Part shown: in pieces, positions 48,594-57,100 of the stretch | How the letters are laid out: every line of letters starts with the position of its first letter | How positions within the stretch are numbered: the first letter of the stretch is position 1 | Assembly (NCBI GenBank): GCA_947085185.1 | Contig: CAMTVK010000019.1 | Span: 1-64,000, forward strand | Direction of reading: 5' to 3' | Origin: Candidatus Fraserbacteria bacterium | GTDB taxonomy: Bacteria; Bipolaricaulota; Bipolaricaulia; RBG-16-55-9; DRXL01 | Length of the DNA: 64,000 bases | Notes under the pieces: generated by a model | The model's input: only the letters and a program-made list of their open reading frames with translations | What the model was told of the DNA's origin: nothing | Database searches by the model: none | Program-made: the position numbers and the translations under genes

Positions 48594-48723
48594 GCCCACG
48601 CAAGCATAAAGCATCTCGAGAAGCTTTGCAACTTGACGGATGCTCTTCTATCTGATAAGATTACAAGGCTCATTTCAGCACCTAACCGTCTGGATGAAGC
48701 ACTCATAACAAGGAGTGATACCC

Positions 48724-50034
48724 ATGAAGCGCGTCATTATTATGGGCGCCGCCGGGCGCGATTTCCATAACTTCAACGTGTACTTCCGCGATAACCCTAA
48801 CTATAAAGTCGTCGCCTTCACTGCCACGCAAATCCCCGATATTGACGAGCGCCGCTACCCTGCTAAACTCGCAGGCAAACTCTACCCCAAAGGCATCCCC
48901 ATCGAATCCGAAGAGCATTTAAGAGCACTGATAGCCGAACACGACGTCGATCTTGTGGTCTTCTCGTATAGTGATGTCTCTCATCAGTACGTGATGGAAC
49001 GGGCGAGCTGGGCCATGGCCGCCGGCGCAGATTTTATGCTCCTTGGCCCCAAATCAACCCAGCTGCACTCTAAAAAGCCCGTGATCTCCGTGACAGCTGT
49101 GCGCACCGGCTCGGGCAAAAGCCAAACCACCCGACGCGTCACAGATATCTTACGCAAGCACGGCAAACGGGTCGTGGTGGTGCGCCATCCCATGCCCTAC
49201 GGCGATCTGGTCAAGCAAGAATGCCAGCGCTTCGCAAGTTTTAAAGACTTAGATCGATACGAGTGCACTATTGAGGAGCGCGAGGAGTACGAGCCCCATC
49301 TGACCCGGGGCACAGTCGTCTACGCCGGCGTAGATTACGAGAAGATTCTGCGCATGGCCGAGCGCGAAGCCGACGTGATCGTCTGGGACGGGGGGAACAA
49401 CGACTTCTCGTTCTTCGTGCCCGATCTCACGATCGTCGTCGCTGATCCGTTGCGCGCGGGGCACGAAGTCAGCTATTACCCTGGGCATATCAATCTCTTG
49501 TTGGCTGACGTCGTGGTCATCAACAAAGTAGACACGGCCGCGCGCGCTGAGGTAGAACGGGTGCGCGAGAACATCCGGAAGTTCAATCCCACCGCGAAGA
49601 TCGTTGAAGCAGCTTCCCCGATCTTCGTGGAGGATCCTTCGATTATTGAGGGCAAGCGCGTCTTGGCCATCGAAGATGGGCCGACGCTCACCCACGGCGA
49701 GATGGCCTACGGCGCGGCCACGCTCGCCGCTGAAAAGTACGGCGCCACAGAGCTCGTTGACCCCAGACCCCATGCCGTCAATTCTATTGCTGAAACGTTC
49801 AAGAAGTACCCCCATATCGGAAAGCTTCTCCCCGCCATGGGCTACGGCGATGAACAGATTAAAGACTTAGCGAAGACGATCAAGCGCACGGACTGCGATG
49901 CCGTCATCATTGGCACTCCCATCGATCTGAAGAGACTGATAAAATTTGATGTGCCCACGACGCGCGTGCTCTATGAGTTGCAAGAGATCGGCCATCCCAC
50001 GCTCGAAGAAGTTCTCAAACCCTTGATAGACTGA
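48724..50034 (+). CDS. cDPG-synthetase-like P-loop enzyme (possibly arginine synthetase family)
   Basis: GAAGRDFHNFN, RTGSGKSQT, RHPMPYG, WDGGNND, EDGPTLTHG. Confidence 0.8.
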   Translation: MKRVIIMGAAGRDFHNFNVYFRDNPNYKVVAFTATQIPDIDERRYPAKLAGKLYPKGIPIESEEHLRALIAEHDVDLVVFSYSDVSHQYVMERASWAMAAGADFMLLGPKSTQLHSKKPVISVTAVRTGSGKSQTTRRVTDILRKHGKRVVVVRHPMPYGDLVKQECQRFASFKDLDRYECTIEEREEYEPHLTRGTVVYAGVDYEKILRMAEREADVIVWDGGNNDFSFFVPDLTIVVADPLRAGHEVSYYPGHINLLLADVVVINKVDTAARAEVERVRENIRKFNPTAKIVEAASPIFVEDPSIIEGKRVLAIEDGPTLTHGEMAYGAATLAAEKYGATELVDPRPHAVNSIAETFKKYPHIGKLLPAMGYGDEQIKDLAKTIKRTDCDAVIIGTPIDLKRLIKFDVPTTRVLYELQEIGHPTLEEVLKPLID

Positions 50035-50126
50035 GACAACGGTCACCCTACGATCAGACCGAAGATCGATCTCCCCTGCACGGGCTTCCTTGGCAGCGCG
50101 AGCAGAACTGCCTAGAGTTATCGTGT

Positions 50127-51200
50127 ATGAATCAGCTACGACGAAGCGTCGCGTGCGGGGTCTTGGTGCTCTCGTTCAGCATGCTCAGCATTGCTTCTTG
50201 GGAACAGATCGCACTGGGGCAATCTGTCTTAGGGCGTTTCATGAGCGCGCTGAGTTTTAACAACGTCGCGCCCTACTTTTTGAATGCTGAATTTCGCATT
50301 CTCTCTCGAATCAGCGTCGCCGAGGCTGCCTTCGCGACCGATACCAAGTTCGACATCACTCTCTTGCGCTGGCAGAAATTCATCGCGTCGGTGGGCGTCA
50401 ATCCGCTGTCGGCGCGCAATCGCCTGACGTTCGTCAACGGATTTACGTTTGATAAGAACGAACTGGTCGCAGCGTTGAGCTTTGGCGGGGTCTCTATTGG
50501 CGTTGAGCTCATCCTCAAAAATCAAAGTCCCTCACTCGAAGTTGGGCTGGTCGTCGAAGCCGCAGCGAAGACGGAATGGTTCACGATCGCCAGTTACACC
50601 GGCTTTGGCGTCACCCAAGTCGTCGAAGACTTGGATGTAGATCAGCTGCCTATCGTGAACGAGCCCTTCGGCTTTGAACCGAGAATTGTGAAGCTGGACA
50701 CGTTCAGCGAGCGCGAGCCCGACCGCGTCGTCACCGCGCCGTTTCTCTTCACTGAAGAGATCGTGGCTGCGGAATTTTATGCTCTCGATATAGCTTCTCT
50801 GAGCGTGATGACGCTCTTTACGCCGGGGGGGTTAAGAAAGCTCATCCCTGCGCTCGCGGTGAAAGTGAACGCTCCGGCCGCGGACCTGCGCTTGCGCATG
50901 ACGGTCAGCTCGACGTTCGAGTTCGTCCCGCCCGCTGTGTTCTTGACGTTCTTGCCCGTTGAGCTTCACCTGCAGTGGAGCTTCTTCCGGTGGCGCAGCT
51001 TCACGCTCTTGGCTGATCCAGCTCCTCCAGGCCCTCCCAATGGGGTATTCTCCTTCCGACGGCAAGTCTTCCAATCGCTCTTTGAGCTTGCGTTCTTCCG
51101 GGCGTTCACGGAGATCTGCTTTGGGCCGGACTGTCCTGGAGGCTCGGGGCTAGAGTGGCGCTTTGGGGTCGAGCTGCGCTTCCTCTTCGGCGGCCCATAA
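50127..51200 (+). CDS. Exported beta-rich protein, probable outer-membrane barrel
   Basis: Signal peptide, alternating hydrophobic strands, WRFGVELRF near the C-terminus. Confidence 0.6.
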   Translation: MNQLRRSVACGVLVLSFSMLSIASWEQIALGQSVLGRFMSALSFNNVAPYFLNAEFRILSRISVAEAAFATDTKFDITLLRWQKFIASVGVNPLSARNRLTFVNGFTFDKNELVAALSFGGVSIGVELILKNQSPSLEVGLVVEAAAKTEWFTIASYTGFGVTQVVEDLDVDQLPIVNEPFGFEPRIVKLDTFSEREPDRVVTAPFLFTEEIVAAEFYALDIASLSVMTLFTPGGLRKLIPALAVKVNAPAADLRLRMTVSSTFEFVPPAVFLTFLPVELHLQWSFFRWRSFTLLADPAPPGPPNGVFSFRRQVFQSLFELAFFRAFTEICFGPDCPGGSGLEWRFGVELRFLFGGP

Positions 51201-51284
51201 CGAAAACGCCCCATCCTACAAGCTCCATACATACAATGTAACGTCCATCACAGGTGCTCAAAGCGATATCGATATTCTCCCATC

Positions 51285-51313
51285 TTGACAATGTGATTTT
51301 ATTATGTTATAGT
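51285..51313 (+). promoter_or_regulatory. sigma70 promoter upstream of the riboswitch
   Basis: TTGACA-N17-TATAGT with extended TG. Confidence 0.8.
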
Positions 51314-51363
51314 TATTATGTCTCTGAAAGGAGGTGCAGGAGCGCAGCCCAAAGACAAAGACA

Positions 51364-51458
51364 GTCCTGACAAAGGCAAACCGCGCGAAAGCGCGGGACG
51401 CAAAGCCACAGGCCTACGACAGTGCACACTGTTATCGGCGGCTGGGCTGCCAAAGGAC
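51364..51458 (+). promoter_or_regulatory. c-di-GMP-I (GEMM) riboswitch
   Basis: GGCAAA-CCGCGC-GAAA-GCGCGG-GACGCAAAGCC-ACAGGCCTA...GGCGGCTGGGCTGCC matches the GEMM consensus. Confidence 0.92.
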
Positions 51459-51459
51459 C

Positions 51460-51978
51460 ATGAAGAAGATGCTTGTGCTCGCTGCAGTGGTAAGCTTAGG
51501 TAGTCTGGTTTTCAGCTTGGAAAGCTCCTCGCAGGGCTCAACGAGCGCAGTGGTAACCTTTCGCATTGCGCCCTCGATGAGTCTCTCTATCTTGGGCGAG
51601 AGCACCTCTGGGAACAGCGTGGTCTCGATCTACACGATGCCGCGCCCAACTGCCCAAGAGCGTCAGGCGGGGTTTCTCGAGCGCCTCAACGCTCTCACGC
51701 TGATAGCTCGCAGCAACGTACCGTGGGCCCTGCGCGTCCGCGCTCAAGAGCCCGAGATGGGGATCAGCGATGACGGCACGTATCATAAGCCCGTCAGCGA
51801 TTTTGAGGTGCGCGCATCCAGAGGAGCATATCTCCCTGTGGCCCTGTCCGATCAGCTCCTCACCCGCGGCAGCCCCGGGGAACATCCTCTCAGCATAGAC
51901 TATAGAATACGCTTAGGGCCGGAACACCGCGATGGCACCTACTCCATTACGCTGATCTATACTCTGGTCTCCCAGTAA
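51460..51978 (+). CDS. Secreted pilin/WxL/spore-coat-U-like subunit
   Basis: Signal peptide MKKMLVLAAVV, SNVPW.L.V, C-terminal DGTYSITLIYTL strand. Confidence 0.65.
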   Translation: MKKMLVLAAVVSLGSLVFSLESSSQGSTSAVVTFRIAPSMSLSILGESTSGNSVVSIYTMPRPTAQERQAGFLERLNALTLIARSNVPWALRVRAQEPEMGISDDGTYHKPVSDFEVRASRGAYLPVALSDQLLTRGSPGEHPLSIDYRIRLGPEHRDGTYSITLIYTLVSQ

Positions 51979-52043
51979 CCCCAGCACTTCTCGAGAGGCT
52001 TTCCCCTGCCAGAGGCCATCCCTTGGTATATCGTGTTTTCACC

Positions 52044-52072
52044 TTGACAGAGGTCTCAAGTTCGTGTATAGT
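52044..52072 (+). promoter_or_regulatory. sigma70 promoter
   Basis: TTGACA-N17-TATAGT. Confidence 0.75.
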
Positions 52073-52109
52073 ATATTATAGCACTCAACAGAGAAGGAGG
52101 AAGAAAGCC

Positions 52110-52433
52110 ATGCAATTGACGATCTACTACACCAAGGATGATCTCTATCTTATCAAACAGGTTGAAGCGAAAGCCGAGCGAGAGCGGCGGAGCAAGAGCT
52201 CGGTCATCCTCTCTATCGTCGAAGAGTACTTCGCTCGCAAGAAGAAGCTGGGTGAGATCCTGTGCGATCTAGGAAAGCTCACCCCGGAGAAGCTCAATCA
52301 AGCCATCGAGATCCAGAAGAAAGAAGGGGGCACGCGGACGCTCGGCGAGATCTTGCTCTCCAAGAAGTGGATCACCGAGCACGATCTCATGCGAGCGCTG
52401 ATGCTCCAGGGCAAAGCGAAAGATCTCGAATAA
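52110..52433 (+). CDS. Ribbon-helix-helix plus MshEN-like fusion regulator
   Basis: N-terminal MQLTIYY...RSKSSVILSIVEEYF; tandem KLGEILCDLGKLTPEKLNQAIEIQ and TLGEILLSKKWITEHDLMRALMLQ; AAGGAGG SD. Confidence 0.8.
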   Translation: MQLTIYYTKDDLYLIKQVEAKAERERRSKSSVILSIVEEYFARKKKLGEILCDLGKLTPEKLNQAIEIQKKEGGTRTLGEILLSKKWITEHDLMRALMLQGKAKDLE

Positions 52434-52447
52434 TCGAATAACTCTCT

Positions 52448-53479
52448 ATGAAGATCATTCGACCTCTGGGCATAGCCGCCATCGGGATGGGGCTGGTCTG
52501 GCTCTCCGGCCAGGCTTTGCTCATCTCGAACATCGAGTTCGATCTTAGTCTGCCCCGGGGCGCTACGGATATATTGACATTCCAAGTGCTCAATAACGAA
52601 GCCGATCCCCTCGAGATTCAAATCAGCTTGGCTGACTGGGATCGAGACCTCAACGGCGAGAACCGGTTCTATCCGCCAGGGACGCTGCCGCGCTCGGCAG
52701 CAAGCTGGCTCTCTGTCACCCCGTTGCGATTCGATCTTGCGCCAAACGAACAGAAAGAGATTCGCTTCTCCATCAAAGTCCCTTCGGATATCGTGGGGAC
52801 GTACTGGGCGGCGATCATGGTCGAGGCCGCTCCTAAACGGGCTCAGCCCCAACCCCCAGGCACGACTGTGATCGTGCGGCGGCGCTTCGCTGTCAAAGTC
52901 TTAGAGACCCCACCGGGCACAGGCACCAAGGACGGGCGCATCACCTTGATAGACGTGCGCGGGCTCAATCCCCCAAATTACTTTCTAGAGTTTGAGAACC
53001 GGGGGACGATCCATACCCCGCAAGTCAAAGGGCGCATCGAGCTGCGCGACGAGAAGGGAGCACTTATAGAAAAGCTCGAGATCGAGAGCTTTCCCACCCT
53101 GCCCTTCTCCAAACGCTTGCTCAAAGTCACCAGCGCTCGCAAGAGAGGGGATCTCTTGCCCCCGGGGAAGTATCTTGTCTTAGCTATTCTCGATTATGGG
53201 GGAGAGACCCTCGCAGGCGGGCAATTTATTCTCCGGATCAAGCCCTTACAGCTCGTCCCCATCGGCGACGCCAAGGCCCCTCCCAAAGACTTAGACAAAG
53301 ACGGCCTCTACGAAGATGTCAACGGGGACGGCACGCTCTCCCTCGAAGACGCTGCGCTCTTGGGGTTGAATATTGATAAACCCGCGGTGCAAGAGAACGC
53401 CAGAGCGTTCGACTTCGATAACGACGGCGACGCCGACTTCGACGATGTCGTCACCCTCAAAAAGATAGCTGGGGGATAA
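52448..53479 (+). CDS. PapD/DUF916-like pilus chaperone with C-terminal dockerin-like domain
   Basis: Signal peptide, SAASWLSVTP..F.L.P.EQ, GTYWAAIMVE, ENRGTIH; EDVNGDG and DFDNDGDADFDD Ca loops. Confidence 0.7.
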   Translation: MKIIRPLGIAAIGMGLVWLSGQALLISNIEFDLSLPRGATDILTFQVLNNEADPLEIQISLADWDRDLNGENRFYPPGTLPRSAASWLSVTPLRFDLAPNEQKEIRFSIKVPSDIVGTYWAAIMVEAAPKRAQPQPPGTTVIVRRRFAVKVLETPPGTGTKDGRITLIDVRGLNPPNYFLEFENRGTIHTPQVKGRIELRDEKGALIEKLEIESFPTLPFSKRLLKVTSARKRGDLLPPGKYLVLAILDYGGETLAGGQFILRIKPLQLVPIGDAKAPPKDLDKDGLYEDVNGDGTLSLEDAALLGLNIDKPAVQENARAFDFDNDGDADFDDVVTLKKIAGG

Positions 53480-53480
53480 A

Positions 53481-53558
53481 GACAGTTCAGAGTTCCCAGT
53501 CTGACAGTTCTAAGTTCAGCGGCTCGGCGAACTCAGACCTATGAAACCCTGAACTGTC
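53481..53558. repeat. Hairpin made of degenerate 7-8 nt repeats between convergent genes
   Basis: GACAGTTCAG(53481) / CTGAACTGTC(53549) perfect arms; internal AGTTC and GAACT repeats. Confidence 0.65.
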
Positions 53559-53584
53559 CCGCGCCCCCGCGATCCTTCGTCAAT

Positions 53585-53908
53585 TTAGCCGCGCTTGACG
53601 GAGAGTTTTCCGCCAGCTTCCACGACTTTGAGCCTCTTGCGGACCATCTCTTTGAGCTCGCGACCAGCCCGGAACCCCGGCACGGCCTTGCTCGCGACCA
53701 TGATGCGCTGGCCCGTCTGCGGGTTGACACGCATAGAACTCTTGCGCGGGCGCGCCTCAAATGTGCCAAACCCCGTGATCCGCACCGGCTCGCCATCGCA
53801 CATCGTCTTGCTAATCGTTTCAAACATCGCGTCCACGGCCTCTTTGGCCGCCTTCTTGCTCAGACCCGTCTGCTTGGCTACCATCTCTGCCAACTCGGCC
53901 TTGTTCAT
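53585..53908 (-). CDS. hup: HU family DNA-binding protein
   Basis: MNKAEL, GFGTF, NPQTG, P.F.AG..LK. Confidence 0.95.
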   Translation of the reverse strand: MNKAELAEMVAKQTGLSKKAAKEAVDAMFETISKTMCDGEPVRITGFGTFEARPRKSSMRVNPQTGQRIMVASKAVPGFRAGRELKEMVRKRLKVVEAGGKLSVKRG

Positions 53909-54117
53909 TGGCACAAACCCCCCTTGTGGTCTATGATGAACCCAACGGACAGCCCTCGTGCCGGCGGAGGAGAGCTGCCCATCCGGTTCTCAAGTGCCCA
54001 TATTCTAGAGACTCACCCCCCTAGAAGGCAAATTTTCACCTCCAGGGACAGAGATACCCTGGGAGAGAGCTTGCCGTCCTTGGTCCCCCATCGCCAAAGA
54101 TCTTAAAATTTCCTACA

Positions 54118-57100
54118 ATGCACAAGAGGGCCATAAATATTATCGGGCTGATCACGGTGGGATGGAGCTGGCTGGGCACCGGCCAGGTGATGATCACCCC
54201 TCCTGCGGCTCCGCCGATCGCCGGCCCCGGCGATGCCCTCACCCTGCCGTTTCACGTGAAAAATACCGGCCCAGAAAGAGATATGTTCGAGTTCTCTCTC
54301 GAAATGTCTGCGGGGCTTGAGCCGCTGGGGACGCCCGAGCCAGTTGAGCTTGACCCCAATGCCGCAGAGACTGTTTTCGTCAGCGTCTTCGTCAGCACGA
54401 AAGCCCGCGCGGGAGAGGGAAGCGTCACCCTGAAAGCCCGGTCACGAAAGAACCCATCCCTGACAGGTCAAGCTACGGTGATAGTGACCGTCAGAGCATC
54501 TCCTGGGCTGGCCCTGAGCGCTCCCCCGGCCAAGACGGTCGAGCCAGGCCGCGCTGACTCCCTCGTCTTCATCGTGCGCAACACGGGCAATGTGCCGGAT
54601 CGTGTGGCGTTCTCCACACAAACTACGGGTGCTCTGAAAGCGCAAGCACCCACGGACGAGATCCCGCTTGACGTCGGCGAGCGCCGTGAGGTACGAGTCG
54701 AAATCTCCGTGCCTAAGGGCGCTCCGCCGGTGCGCCAGCGCGTCACGCTCACAGCCCTCTCCAAAAAATTTCCAAACGTCTCCGCTGAAGCTACGGCGGT
54801 GCTGGAGATCTTGCCGCCCTTGCCCCAAGAGGTGGGCGGCTCGCTCTTTTTGACGATCCCCTCCGAAGTACAGTTTCAATTCGACGGCCAGACAGGAGCG
54901 ACGTTAGGAGCTTTTATCACGATTACTGAGCGAGGCGGCGTGCTGGTCCCTGAGCCGCCGGCAGTGCGCCTCGACGTCGGAGGAACCTTGACTGTGAATA
55001 ATACGAGCCCCGTGGCGATCACGGTGACCGTGTCCGATGGGCGACCCCCCGTGAGCATCCCGTCGGGGGGAAGCAGCTCTTTCGCTTTCCCAGTCTCCGG
55101 AATCTTTACTGTGACTTTCAGCAACGGGGCTCTCATCTCTTCTGTGGGCTTCGTGACCGTGCACGATATAATCTTCCGACAGAGGCTCAGGGGGGGCGGT
55201 GGCACGAGCCCTCTCAGCACCCAGCAGAACGTCCTCACGCGCGACGCTCGCTATGCTTGGCCAAGGCGCGAGCCCTCTGAACGTTTTCAAGAGATCTCTT
55301 ATCTGCTCGATATTCAGAATCTCTTCGAGCTCAATGCGCTCTTCTTTGCCCTCGATGGGAGCCCCCTAGGAGTGACCTTGGGCGATCTCTATCTCCCGGT
55401 GGGTGTGCTGGCGACCCTGGCCGGGCGCGGCGGCCAGCTCATTGTGCACCCAGGGATTTTCAGCACAAGACTCTCGCTCTCGGCTACGGCCGGCCGACGT
55501 GCCCTCCCCGAACTCGCATTTTTGATCACCGATGACCCAGCCGAGCTGCCCTCTGCAGGAGTCGTCAGCCTGAATCAGCCCGTTCGGTTTCGCAACGTCG
55601 GGCTTCTCCCCCATACAGTCACGATTGCCGGCTCCGGGACGATAACGCTTGCGCCAGGGCAGTCGTTCGTCTATCTCTTCAGCACCATCGGACAGATCAC
55701 TGTTACGATAGATACAACGCCTGTGGTCTTTCTCGTGATTGCCGAAGCGTTCTGCAGTGCATCGTTTCTCTTCTGTCTTGGCGCTGAAGGGCAAGGCTCG
55801 CCCATCCCCGGCGTGACGGTAGGCCAGACCGCGCTCTTTGGGTATACTCCCAGTCCGAGCCTGACGACGACGCTCATCAACCGGGTGCGCTGGCAGATCC
55901 CCGGCGGCAGCGCCACGACCGTCGAGGGTGGGCTCACTTGGCAAAACGGGACTCTCTTAGATTCTGCCCTGCGCGCCAGCTCGGAGCTGCGCTTTGGCGA
56001 CTTTTTCGTGGTCGCAGAATTTCTCCGGGCCGGCCGGGATTTCGTGGGTGACCGCCGCGATGAACAGAGTATTCAGATCTTTCAAGCGTTCTCGAGCACA
56101 AACTTTTCCGTGGGTCTCAGCTTTGGGCGCTCGCACAACAACGTCAATGCCGATCCCCTGCAGCAGACGCTGACCCGCCAGGATGCCCGCGCCGCGCTTC
56201 GTCTCAAGATCTCCGAAGTGCTGCCTACGATCAAGCTCGCCACAGCCTATAGCACGTTGGTGGGAACAGGCCCCTTGCCCCCTACAGATATCGCACGGTT
56301 CTCCATCACGGCACAAGCGACCCAGCCCATTGGCCAGCTTGGGGATATCTCCGTCTTTACCGAGCAAGCCCGAATCATCAACGCTGTCGCAGGCACCGAT
56401 ATCGGCTTTGGCACGGTGGGCAGCGATTTCTCTCTCAGACTGACGGAGCTGCGCGCCTCGCTGCGCTTCGAGCACCGCTCCGAGGTCGATCTCCTCTCGA
56501 GCGCTCTGCTGAGCCGGACGCTTATAGCTTCAGCGGGGATGGAGCTGGTGCGCCGCCCGTTCGGCGTGCGCCTAGGGATCACGCGGTTTGCTCAACGCAC
56601 GGATCTGAGCGTGGGCCTCCAAGCCCAGCTGGGGATCGCTGAGCTCTTCTTCTCTAGCTTGATAGGGCTGCTCGATCTGGGCGGGGCAGACTTCAGCTTT
56701 GCGCTCGCCTTCTTGGTGCGCTTTGATGCCCCGATCCCGTTCCTCGTCGTCAAGGGGCAAGTTGAGGGCTTCGTCTTCATAGATACAAATAAGAACACTC
56801 AGCGCGACCCCAACGAGACTGGGCCAAAAGATCTCATCCTCACGTTGGGCAATGAAAAAGCTCGCACCGACGCGCGCGGGTTCTTCAGATTCCCCCCGAT
56901 GCCCACAGGAACATACGAGCTCAAGATCGAAAAGCTTCCCCTAGGGATCATCGTCAAGACAGAACTCCCTAAGAAAATCCAGATTGTCGCGGGGCAGACT
57001 CTGAAGATCGAGGTCCCCCTGGCCCAAGTCGCAGTGATCGAAGGGCTGGTCTTCCACGACGAGAACCGCAACGGTCAAGTAGATTCTTCAGAGCAAGGGC

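Noticed and set aside
51364..51458. cGAMP-sensing GEMM-Ib variant
   Set aside because: The position-20 equivalent is G, not A
51334..51459. Extended N-terminus of ORF 51334..51978
   Set aside because: It runs through the riboswitch; the signal peptide begins at ATG 51460
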